DNA of 64,000 nucleotides from Gammaproteobacteria bacterium. GTDB lineage: Bacteria; Pseudomonadota; Gammaproteobacteria; Magnimaribacterales; TMED112. Shown here one piece after another: positions 54,259-63,319 of this stretch. Position 1 is the first letter of the stretch. Each line of letters begins with the position of its first letter. Under the pieces are notes generated by a model that saw nothing but the letters and a program-made list of their open reading frames with translations, was not told the DNA's origin and ran no database searches. A program made the position numbers and the translations under genes. The stretch spans positions 13,899 to 77,898 of the forward strand of contig JAYPTH010000002.1 in assembly GCA_038133485.1 (NCBI GenBank). Reading direction: 5' to 3'.

Positions 54259-57200
54259 ATGCAAAAAGAAATTTTCATTGGCAATCAAAAACTTAACATA
54301 GATCAAGCGCTGTCTGAGGGAAAAGAGGTAAAGTTAGGCAATGAAAGCTTCTACAAAATTTCAAATATAGATACTATTAGACCTTTCTTCATAAGCCTTG
54401 CAAGTGCTGATGACCATTGGCTATTTATTTCGAGCAATGGAGGTATTAGTGCTGGTAGAGGGAATGCTGACAATTCCTTATTTCCTTACTACACAGATGA
54501 CAAGATTACTGAAAATGCTGAGCATACTGGCACTAAATCAATCTTCCAAGTTGAAAAACGTGGCAAAACTTTTTTATGGGAACCTTTTTCTGATTTTTAT
54601 AAGGGTGCATACAATACCCAACGTAACCTTTATAAAAACCTAACTGGAAATAAGATTATCTTTGAAGAGATAAACTCGGATTTAGGTCTTAATTTCTCCT
54701 ATGAATGGAGTACTTCCAAACTCTTTGGTTTCACTAAAAATGCCAAAGTATTAAATTTAAAAAACTCATCAGTGAAAATTAGTTGTGTTGATGGGTTGCA
54801 AAATATTCTGCCTTGGGGAGTTGATGAAGGCATGCAAACAAATACCAGCAACCTTGTTGATGCATACAAAAGAAATGAACTTCAATTAGAATCAAAACTT
54901 GGCATCTTCGCTCTTAGTGCAATTATTGTAGATAAAGCCGAGCCTAGCGAAGCACTTAAATCAAATATAGTCTGGTCGCCTGATTTTTTATCCTCAACTA
55001 GGCTGCTGTCGAACTTGCAACTAGATAAATTTAGAAAAGGTGGTAACCCTAAGCTTGAAACAGATATTAAGGGAGAACGTGGCTCCTATTTCATTCATTT
55101 CAAGACTACCTTAAAGCCAAAGCAAGGGAAAGATTGGCTTATGGTTGCAAATACTGGGCTTGATCACTCACAAATTTTAGGCTTAACATCAAAATTGAGT
55201 AGCCCTAAAAAAATCAAAGAAGATGTGCTTAATGATTTAAGAGAAGGACAGAACGAACTCATTAAACTAATATCTTGCTCGGATGGTATTCAAAAAACCC
55301 AAGACAGAAATCGAAATTTGAGACACTTTTCCAATACTCTCTTTAATATTATGAGGGGTGGAATTTTTGATCATAATTATCAGGTAAATAAGAATGATTT
55401 TCTTAGTTACCTTAATAAAGCAAATAAGAAAGTTTACAAAAAGTATTCCGCAAGCATAGATGCTTTGCCTGCCAATTTTCATTTCTCAAAACTCTACAAA
55501 CTATCAAGCTTGGATTCACCAGATCTTTATAGATTAGTAACAGAATATATGCCTATAAAGTTCAGCAGAAGACACGGAGATCCAAGTAGGCCTTGGAATA
55601 AATTTGATATAAAAATGAGAGATAAAAATACTGGAGATAAAGTGCTTGACTACCAAGGTAACTGGCGAGATATTTTTCAGAATTGGGAAGCTTTAGCCGC
55701 ATCTTATCCTGAGTTCATATTTTCAATGATTTTTAGGTTCTTGAACGCTACTACTGCAGATGGGTATAACCCATATAGATTAACAAAAGATGGTTTTGAT
55801 TGGGAAACACTAGAAGCTGATAATCCCTGGTCATATATCGGTTATTGGGGTGATCATCAAATTATCTATCTGCTTAAATTCTTAGAGTTTGCAGAAAATT
55901 ACTTCCCAGGAAAACTTCAGGGCTATTTTGATAAAAATATTTTTGTATATGCAAATGTTCCCTACAAAATAAAGGGCTTTAACCACATCCTTAAAGATCC
56001 TAAAAATACCATTGATTTTGATTATGTCGAAGAGGAAAAAATACTCAAATATAAATCTCAGCTTGGCACTGATGGAGCACTTCTCAAAAACTCTAGAAAT
56101 CAGCTCATTCATACAAATCTTATTGAAAAACTTCTTGTCCCCTTGTTAGCAAAAGTATCAAACTTTATTCCAGATGCAGGCATTTGGATGAATACACAGA
56201 GACCTGAGTGGAACGATGCAAATAACGCCTTAGTTGGGAATGGTGTTTCAATGGTTACTCTATGTTATATGAGAAGATTTACGACTCATTTATCAACTAT
56301 CTTACGAAACGTAGAGAGTAAAAATTTTGAAGTTGCAGAAGAGGTTGCGGGGTTTTTTATCAGCACGAAAAAAATCTTAAAAGATACGGAAACCTCAAGC
56401 TTAAAGAAATTAACCAACAAGAAAAGGTTGGAGCTAGTCACTAAACTTGGAAAAAAAGGACATGACTACAGGAGCACAATTTACAAAAACTCATTTACAG
56501 GAGAAAAGAAAAATATTGAAAGAGCTGAGATACTTAGTTTTCTAGATAGTTTGAATTCTCATATTGATAGAACCATAAAAATTAATAGAAGAGAAGACGG
56601 GATGTATCATGCCTACAATCTGGTAGGCCTTGCAAAAAATGGCATTTCTATTTCTCATCTACCGGTCATGTTGGAAGGCCAAGTGGCTATATTGAGTTCG
56701 GGTCAATTGGATTCATTAGAAGCTTTGTCTGTTCTTGATAGTCTTAAAAAGAGCGAATTATTCAGAAGAGATCAGTATAGTTACCTACTTTATCCAGCAA
56801 AATCTCTGCCAGGGTTCTTGGAAAAAAATACAATTCCCAAAAAACTGGTTAAAACATCATTATTACTGCAAACATTAATAAATAATAAAAATTTAGAGGT
56901 TGTGATAAAGGATGTACATGGCAAAGTGCACTTTAATGGCAATTTTAACAATGTTTCTTCTTTAAGATCAGCTCTCGAGCGACTTCCTAAGAAATATGAA
57001 AAGCTTGTTCACTCAGAAAGAACTAAAATTGAAGAGATCTTTGAGAAAGTTTTTGACCACAAATCATTTACAGGTAGATCTGGAACCTTTTATGGGTATG
57101 AAGGCTTAGGATCAATATATTGGCATATGGTGTCTAAACTTTTATTGGCAGTACAAGAAGTTACTCAAAAAGAAATAAAAACAAAGGGGAATAAAAAATA

Positions 57201-57708
57201 TATTGGACGTCTTTTTGATCACTATTTTGAAATTAATGAAGGCATTGGCGCCAATAAATCACCCTCTTTATATGGTGCAATTCCTACTGACCCTTATTCC
57301 CATACACCAGCAGGTAAGGGAGCTCAACAACCTGGGATGACTGGCCAAGTAAAAGAGGATATCTTGTCAAGAATCAGTGAAATAGGGTTTCATGTTAATG
57401 ATGGAAGGATAGCCTTTAATCCAACCATGCTTCGAAAAAATGAATTCTTAGAAAAAAATTCTACGTTTAGTTTCTATGACCTTAAAGGCCACCCTCAAAC
57501 AATCAATCTAAAAAAAGGTACTTTAGCTTTTACAGCCTGCCAAGTGCCTATTATTTATGAATTGGCTAAAAAGAATTTAATTAAGGTATTTTTTAGAAAT
57601 AATAAAATGGAAACTTATGATAGATTAGATTTGCCAGCTGATCTAAGTAAAAAAGTCTTTCAAAGAGACCGCTCGATTGAAAAAATTGAGGTACAAATAA
57701 AAAAATAA
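54259..57708 (+). CDS. Large cytoplasmic GH94/GH149-like glycoside phosphorylase candidate (putative beta-1,3-glucan phosphorylase)
   Basis: 1149 aa with no signal peptide. RPEWNDANNAL resembles the catalytic-Asp DWND motif of GH94 phosphorylases. The size matches the ~130 kDa GH149 enzymes as I remember them. Divergent from a GH17/GPH operon. Confidence 0.45.
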   Translation: MQKEIFIGNQKLNIDQALSEGKEVKLGNESFYKISNIDTIRPFFISLASADDHWLFISSNGGISAGRGNADNSLFPYYTDDKITENAEHTGTKSIFQVEKRGKTFLWEPFSDFYKGAYNTQRNLYKNLTGNKIIFEEINSDLGLNFSYEWSTSKLFGFTKNAKVLNLKNSSVKISCVDGLQNILPWGVDEGMQTNTSNLVDAYKRNELQLESKLGIFALSAIIVDKAEPSEALKSNIVWSPDFLSSTRLLSNLQLDKFRKGGNPKLETDIKGERGSYFIHFKTTLKPKQGKDWLMVANTGLDHSQILGLTSKLSSPKKIKEDVLNDLREGQNELIKLISCSDGIQKTQDRNRNLRHFSNTLFNIMRGGIFDHNYQVNKNDFLSYLNKANKKVYKKYSASIDALPANFHFSKLYKLSSLDSPDLYRLVTEYMPIKFSRRHGDPSRPWNKFDIKMRDKNTGDKVLDYQGNWRDIFQNWEALAASYPEFIFSMIFRFLNATTADGYNPYRLTKDGFDWETLEADNPWSYIGYWGDHQIIYLLKFLEFAENYFPGKLQGYFDKNIFVYANVPYKIKGFNHILKDPKNTIDFDYVEEEKILKYKSQLGTDGALLKNSRNQLIHTNLIEKLLVPLLAKVSNFIPDAGIWMNTQRPEWNDANNALVGNGVSMVTLCYMRRFTTHLSTILRNVESKNFEVAEEVAGFFISTKKILKDTETSSLKKLTNKKRLELVTKLGKKGHDYRSTIYKNSFTGEKKNIERAEILSFLDSLNSHIDRTIKINRREDGMYHAYNLVGLAKNGISISHLPVMLEGQVAILSSGQLDSLEALSVLDSLKKSELFRRDQYSYLLYPAKSLPGFLEKNTIPKKLVKTSLLLQTLINNKNLEVVIKDVHGKVHFNGNFNNVSSLRSALERLPKKYEKLVHSERTKIEEIFEKVFDHKSFTGRSGTFYGYEGLGSIYWHMVSKLLLAVQEVTQKEIKTKGNKKYIGRLFDHYFEINEGIGANKSPSLYGAIPTDPYSHTPAGKGAQQPGMTGQVKEDILSRISEIGFHVNDGRIAFNPTMLRKNEFLEKNSTFSFYDLKGHPQTINLKKGTLAFTACQVPIIYELAKKNLIKVFFRNNKMETYDRLDLPADLSKKVFQRDRSIEKIEVQIKK

Positions 57709-57711
57709 AGA

Positions 57712-57736
57712 CAGCCATTAGTGAAACTAATGGCTG
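57712..57736. terminator. Hairpin terminator between convergent genes (10-bp perfect stem)
   Basis: CAGCCATTAG TGAAA CTAATGGCTG. On the minus strand it is followed by TCTTTATTTTTT, so it is strongest for the metalloprotease gene. It lies 4 nt after the plus-strand stop. Confidence 0.75.
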
Positions 57737-57748
57737 CCTTAAATTAAA

Positions 57749-60199
57749 TTACTGATCGAAAAAGTTTTCTATCTTCCAATTTAAGTATGCATAATGAGAG
57801 TCTCTCATGCTGCTCTTGGTAAATTTTTGAATCTTAAGAAGACTATCATAAATTGCAACTTTAGCGATCTCATCATACTCTGCTGGGGGTCTGCCGCCAC
57901 CTGGTCCTCCGCGTAGTGCAGGTGGTGGTGACATTGCTCCTATTAATGCATCAACATATTTTGACTGAAGATTTCTTTTGTATGTATCCGGAGCTTCCCC
58001 TTTTACAAAAATACCATTAAAAAGATCATCGAGAACTTCACTAGGCATATAAGTATTTCCATATTCTGCTGAATCAACAAGTCTAGTCATAACAGCTGGA
58101 TTTAGAACATGGCCAAGAACTCTTGTTTGCATACTTAGTACCATAGAGTGGAGCTGGGGGTCTTCATTGCCATCACCTCCATATTCAGTAGCCCTTTTTT
58201 CTCTTTGAAGATTCTGAAGAATTGCGGCATCAAAAGTCCAAACTCCATTCGATAAAAATTTTTCTACAATTAAGTTCATAGCCTCTTTTTGATCCTCATA
58301 AGAAACTGGAACATAAGCGTTAATCCCATCTTGGCCGTTTACAATTTTATTTGCGTACACACCGCCAATTTGTCTAGAAACTGCATCCATGAATCTACCC
58401 TTTTCTCCTACAAGGCTGTAAAAAGTATTGGCGAAATCATTTTTAGTTTCTCCTTCATCATTATAAATTCGTGGCAATTCAGCGATCTTATTGTCTAGAA
58501 CTTCAAATCTGCCTCTAGTGTACTTTGCTACCTCACTGGACATATCGTATCTTTTAACTCTTGGATCAATATTTCGACCTGGACTGGACATCGCATCACC
58601 ATCTGTCCCGTATAGATATGGGCCCAATACTGCTAATGCTAAAAGTTCATCTCTTTCTAAATCAGTGAGATTAGGCTTGTAACCAAATTCAACTGCCCAT
58701 TCATCATATGGGCCAGGCGCTGTTGGAAAATATCTGCCTTGCTCTACGCCTGGAGGAGCGATGTTAATTGGATCATAATCCATTACTGAACCAATGGTTG
58801 CTTCACCAGTTAGGCTTGCATCATGAATTTCAGTAGCATTGTATAAGTAACTTGCAGCAAAATTATGCCTCAAACCCAAGGTATGACCTACTTCATGCAA
58901 TGTTAGGCTAACAATCCATTGCTCAAGAGGATCATTTTCTGGTGTCCAGCCCCATAACTTCCTATAGGTATAACCTCTCTTGATGGCATTAAATTCTTGC
59001 ACAATATCAGCAGCAATTAATTCACCTGTTCTTGGATTACCAATACTTGGACCATATCCTGAGAATGAAGGTCTTGGAGAAGAGGACCATCTGACAACAT
59101 TGTATCTTATATCGCCAGCATCCCAGTCCGAATCATCTGGCTGAATCTTCGCTACTATAGCATTCTTAAAACCTGCTTTTTCAAAGGCACTATTCCAGCC
59201 TTCGATTCCTTTAACTACAAATGGCTTTATCTCTTCTGGAGTAGATTTTTCCACCCAGAAAACAATCGGCTCAACCGGCTCAGAAAGTTCTGCAGATGGA
59301 TCTTTTTTAACTAACCTCCATTTATTAATTAAATCCCTTTGCGGGTATAGGTCATAAGTTGATAAATCAGTGACTCTTTGTGAAAAATACCCAACCCTTT
59401 GATCAGCAACTCTTGGTTCAAAATTATCATCAGGCATCTCAACAAAAAGATGACGTGCACTGATAGCTGTGTATCTTCGATCTGCTACAGCATATACAGG
59501 CTCATATCCTCTTGGTGCTGGATTAAAGAAACCAAAATTTACTTCTACAGCAGTATTTTTTTCATAGTTTCTAACTTGATTGACATAGGTTTTTCCTTTA
59601 TCTAGATTACCTAAATTAAGATCAACAAAATCTCTGTACTCAGGGGGGAGGTTTGGGGAGACGCTAGTTAGCATTTCGGATAAAAATAACTGATCAGCTG
59701 AAATTAAATATTTGCCATCTTCTTCAACTACTGGAGAAAAATCAGAAAGAAAAGCATTAAAAATATTTGTTAGATCTGCTTTAGCAATATTGTTATCTGT
59801 CTCATTTGAAAAATTGGTATTGATTTTATATAGACCTAAACGATCTTTAAACTTTCTGAACTCTAAAATTGCACCATCACCAATAGAGCCGCCTGTGACT
59901 CCTGCAGCTTGTGGCCCATTTAGCACATAAGCAAAGTAAATAAACTCTTTATTTAAATCATCATCTGAAAGCTCAAGATAATATTTATCTCCTTCAGTAT
60001 CTCTATACAGTTTTAAAAAACCATCGATCAGCTCGTATTCGCCATCTTCAATAAATTCTTCGATAGTTTCATATTCTTTTTTTTCTGGTTTACCCATCAT
60101 GCCCATTTTTGGCATTTCACCATCTGCACCTTCTGGCATCTGTGGTGGTTCTTGTGTGAATGTATAAAAGCTAAGAATAGCTGCTAAAAAAATTCTCAT
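57749..60199 (-). CDS. Secreted zinc-dependent metalloprotease (large DUF5117/DUF4953-type)
   Basis: 816 aa. Signal peptide and zincin motif LTLHEVGHTLGLRHNF. The family name is from memory of similar ~800-aa marine proteins. Confidence 0.75.
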   Translation of the reverse strand: MRIFLAAILSFYTFTQEPPQMPEGADGEMPKMGMMGKPEKKEYETIEEFIEDGEYELIDGFLKLYRDTEGDKYYLELSDDDLNKEFIYFAYVLNGPQAAGVTGGSIGDGAILEFRKFKDRLGLYKINTNFSNETDNNIAKADLTNIFNAFLSDFSPVVEEDGKYLISADQLFLSEMLTSVSPNLPPEYRDFVDLNLGNLDKGKTYVNQVRNYEKNTAVEVNFGFFNPAPRGYEPVYAVADRRYTAISARHLFVEMPDDNFEPRVADQRVGYFSQRVTDLSTYDLYPQRDLINKWRLVKKDPSAELSEPVEPIVFWVEKSTPEEIKPFVVKGIEGWNSAFEKAGFKNAIVAKIQPDDSDWDAGDIRYNVVRWSSSPRPSFSGYGPSIGNPRTGELIAADIVQEFNAIKRGYTYRKLWGWTPENDPLEQWIVSLTLHEVGHTLGLRHNFAASYLYNATEIHDASLTGEATIGSVMDYDPINIAPPGVEQGRYFPTAPGPYDEWAVEFGYKPNLTDLERDELLALAVLGPYLYGTDGDAMSSPGRNIDPRVKRYDMSSEVAKYTRGRFEVLDNKIAELPRIYNDEGETKNDFANTFYSLVGEKGRFMDAVSRQIGGVYANKIVNGQDGINAYVPVSYEDQKEAMNLIVEKFLSNGVWTFDAAILQNLQREKRATEYGGDGNEDPQLHSMVLSMQTRVLGHVLNPAVMTRLVDSAEYGNTYMPSEVLDDLFNGIFVKGEAPDTYKRNLQSKYVDALIGAMSPPPALRGGPGGGRPPAEYDEIAKVAIYDSLLKIQKFTKSSMRDSHYAYLNWKIENFFDQ

Positions 60200-60299
60200 A
60201 TTTTCTCCTTTGTTTACCCATTTAGTGATACCTCATTTTTATTGCTAAAGTTGCAAAAAATAGAGGGGAATTTAGATTAACAAAAAACTATTCTAGATG

Positions 60300-61379
60300 C
60301 TATTTGTTAAAGACAATTTTTTTCGATCCAATCGGCAGAATTACTTCTGAGCCATCAATGGCATATTCCCAATTAGAGAATTTTTGAGTTACACCCCGAA
60401 AGAATATATTCGCCATAAGATTATCAAGTGGAGGTTGTGGAGTTGGAATTAAGTGATAATAAACAAGCAGATCAACTTTGCTTAAGCTGGCTATTTCAGC
60501 TACTTCAAGTGGTGGGGTATGGTAGCTTTCAATATCTTTAAATATAACAGAACCATTACGAGCGACATTACTATTAAATTGCTCCCCCAGTTCATCGGCA
60601 ATCTTTGACATTCTTCTTGTTAAATCTAATGAAATAGCTTCATGAAATAGCACATCAACTTCTTGAGAATTTTTTATTAGATTCTCACTATAGGAAGTAT
60701 CTCCGCTAATGACTATCGATCGGCCTTTGTAATCAAATCTGAAGCCATAAGCAGGATCCACCGGTTCATGCTCCACCCTAAAGGCTGTGACTTGCAAATC
60801 ACCATTGTCATAAATAACCGAATCATCTTGTATGGTTATAGGATTAAACCCAACGACATCCAGAGGTGCTAATAGATCTCCATGGTGCGCATTTCTAAAT
60901 TCATAATCATGTTTGTGAGCTAACTCGAACCCATCTGCAACATCCTTTATACCCTCAGGCCCAAAAACTAACAGCTTGGTTGTTCTTTCTCTTGTTACCC
61001 AACTCATTAAATGAATATCAGCTAAATCGGAAATATGATCTGAGTGATTATGAGTTATAAATACTGCCTTTAAGTTCTCCAATGGAGTATTCCAAAATGA
61101 TAAATTTGCTGCACTACCGTCACCTGCATCTACAATAAACAAATCTTTGCCTGCCTGAATTATTATGCACGCCTGAGCACTTGTGGAGGCTAATGGTGAT
61201 CCTGAGCCACATACAGTTGCCGACAATGCATCTTGATACTCTTCTCCAAGAGCAGCAGCAAACCTCATTTTAGCTAATGTTTTAAAAACATGTGTTTGCA
61301 CAGTTGGAATTTTTAAAGCTAGCCATATCCCAACAAATATCACTAATAGAGTAATTGCTATGTTTTTTAATAACTTCAT
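60300..61379 (-). CDS. Membrane-anchored MBL-fold metallo-hydrolase
   Basis: 359 aa. N-terminal TM helix, then metallo-beta-lactamase motif ITHNHSDHISD and later FHEA / YHL His residues. Confidence 0.78.
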   Translation of the reverse strand: MKLLKNIAITLLVIFVGIWLALKIPTVQTHVFKTLAKMRFAAALGEEYQDALSATVCGSGSPLASTSAQACIIIQAGKDLFIVDAGDGSAANLSFWNTPLENLKAVFITHNHSDHISDLADIHLMSWVTRERTTKLLVFGPEGIKDVADGFELAHKHDYEFRNAHHGDLLAPLDVVGFNPITIQDDSVIYDNGDLQVTAFRVEHEPVDPAYGFRFDYKGRSIVISGDTSYSENLIKNSQEVDVLFHEAISLDLTRRMSKIADELGEQFNSNVARNGSVIFKDIESYHTPPLEVAEIASLSKVDLLVYYHLIPTPQPPLDNLMANIFFRGVTQKFSNWEYAIDGSEVILPIGSKKIVFNK

Positions 61380-61831
61380 TGTGATTTTTTTAATGATAAC
61401 AGAAAAAATATACCCAGTAGACCAGCTACATATGGTGCAAAAACTACCCCAGGTGATGGAGCAGTTCTGTAGATATCATCGAGTCCATGCCATGTTGATA
61501 TAAGGGTAATTCTTAATACCCACTCCAATAACCAAATAAGATACATAAAAGATAATAAGCTTCTATACTTAATTAAAATAATCCAACTTATTAAACAAAG
61601 TAAAACTTGCACTTCACCCCATAGTGACCCGAATAAATAAATTACTTGATTCGGATCTGGGTTGCCCTCAAAAATTATAAGATTTGCAATTGAATTAAGG
61701 CCTGCATCTTCAGCCGTGAAATGTATAAAGCTGCGCCAAGTATTAACAAGCATCCATATTATAAAAAAGTAGAAAGCAGATTTCGCTCCTAAATAATTGT
61801 TATCTGCAACATCTGGAAATAACTTATTCAT
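61376..61831 (-). CDS. Integral membrane protein, function unknown
   Basis: 151 aa with four hydrophobic helices. Overlaps both neighbours, by 4 nt at 61376-61379 and 8 nt at 61824-61831. No motif recognised. Confidence 0.45.
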   Translation of the reverse strand: MNKLFPDVADNNYLGAKSAFYFFIIWMLVNTWRSFIHFTAEDAGLNSIANLIIFEGNPDPNQVIYLFGSLWGEVQVLLCLISWIILIKYRSLLSFMYLIWLLEWVLRITLISTWHGLDDIYRTAPSPGVVFAPYVAGLLGIFFLLSLKKSQ

Positions 61832-62231
61832 CTTGAGTAATTATATTTAACTGACCTTCCAATCCTGCACTTCTATGCTTCTCGCTGACTAAATAATCCT
61901 CATTGGTAAACATAGCAATCATGGCTGTCTTGTTTGGATATTGTGCGATTGCAACCAGATCCCATAAATCTTCAACCTCACCAAGCAAAAGCCCTTTAAC
62001 TTTGCCAGAAAAAATTATCTTGCCACCAACTTTGGCTAAGTGATTAATAACTTCATTAGAATAAATTGCATAAGCTTCTTCACCTGTTAAATCAGTCTTT
62101 CTCTGGTCTTCGTACTCAGCTTTACTTTTAAATTTCAATAAGTTAACCATTTTAATTGGCTTATCATCAGGAAACTCAAGGAACATTGTCATTTGTTCAG
62201 CTGTTGGTCTCAGGGAGTTAAGAACTATCAT
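61824..62231 (-). CDS. DUF1330-like protein
   Basis: 135 aa. The ferredoxin-like pattern VNLLKFK..Y..V..HLAKVGGKIIFSG..WDLVAIAQYP resembles DUF1330 family members. Confidence 0.5.
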   Translation of the reverse strand: MIVLNSLRPTAEQMTMFLEFPDDKPIKMVNLLKFKSKAEYEDQRKTDLTGEEAYAIYSNEVINHLAKVGGKIIFSGKVKGLLLGEVEDLWDLVAIAQYPNKTAMIAMFTNEDYLVSEKHRSAGLEGQLNIITQDE

Positions 62232-63319
62232 TTGCCTTCTTTAATAAATCTAATCAGGATGTTGCTAAGTTTTTCAGGTTTAGTCCATTGGAAGAAGTGC
62301 CCCCCACCTATCTGCTCTGCACTTATGGCATTTGGAGCCATCTCTAATACATCCTTCTCTATACCATTTGTTACAGGATCATTTCCAGCAAATACAGATA
62401 AAAATGGTTTATTGGATGTCTTAAAGAATTCTCGAGCTACCCTTTGTGCTTCTAGTGACTTATCAGGTATTAGTGGCACTTGGCTTGGCATGGCTCGTGG
62501 CCCCATTTTATAGCTTGGATTAGGGAAAGGTGCCTCATAAGCTTTCATTAAATCTGATCTAAATGGCGCTATTTTGTCTAGACCTAATAGTTGAAAAACT
62601 AAATAAATATACCTACCAATCATTGATCTTTTTTCCATCTGCATGGAATTTACTAGACCCAGCGCTGGATCTTTTGAATCCCAACACCATTTTTGCCAGT
62701 ACATAAACTTTAAAGCTGGGTGAGTACTTTTTCCTGCATCTTTACTTAAACTTTTGCCATCCATTTTGGATACTTCGTTTCCCATCTCAAAAAGAGATAA
62801 CTTCTTTTTACTAGCTCTAAATGCTTTCACCTTGTCTATAACCTCTTGATCCACATTTGGGTTGTAAGGTAAACCAGTATTGCCTATCGCGATTTTATTA
62901 AAACGATTAGGGTCAGCTGCTACCATTCGCAAACCTATCAAGCCTCCCCAATCTTGACCGAAAAGGGTTAATTTTTCAAAGTCATTTTGTTTCAACCAGG
63001 CCCCCATCCAATCTACCTGATTTTGATAGGAATAATCTTCTCTGGCTGCTGGTTTATCAGATTTTCCGTAACCAATAAGATCTGGAGCAATAACTCTTAT
63101 GCCGGCCTTAGTCAGAAAGGGTATCATTCGGATGTACAAATAGCTCCACACAGGTTGTCCGTGCATGGCTAACAATATAGGCCCATCCTTAGGGCCCTCA
63201 TCAATATGGTGAACCCTCAACTCTGTGCCATCTTTAGCCTTAATATTTGTGTAGATAGGCTTGAAGGGATATTCCTTAAGGTTCTCAAAGCACTTATCTG
63301 GAGTTCTTAAAACTTTCAT
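62228..63319 (-). CDS. Haloalkane dehalogenase, HLD-I (DhlA-like) subfamily
   Basis: Colinear with Xanthobacter DhlA from memory: RTPDKCF..YPF, HGQPVWSYLYIRMIP (DhlA HGEPTWSYLYRKMIP), VIAPDLIGYGKSDKP, nucleophile FGQDWGG, AYEAPFPNPSY, acid GNDP, His GGGHFFQ. The start at 63319 forms an ATGA overlap with the upstream gene. Confidence 0.82.
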   Translation of the reverse strand: MKVLRTPDKCFENLKEYPFKPIYTNIKAKDGTELRVHHIDEGPKDGPILLAMHGQPVWSYLYIRMIPFLTKAGIRVIAPDLIGYGKSDKPAAREDYSYQNQVDWMGAWLKQNDFEKLTLFGQDWGGLIGLRMVAADPNRFNKIAIGNTGLPYNPNVDQEVIDKVKAFRASKKKLSLFEMGNEVSKMDGKSLSKDAGKSTHPALKFMYWQKWCWDSKDPALGLVNSMQMEKRSMIGRYIYLVFQLLGLDKIAPFRSDLMKAYEAPFPNPSYKMGPRAMPSQVPLIPDKSLEAQRVAREFFKTSNKPFLSVFAGNDPVTNGIEKDVLEMAPNAISAEQIGGGHFFQWTKPEKLSNILIRFIKEGK

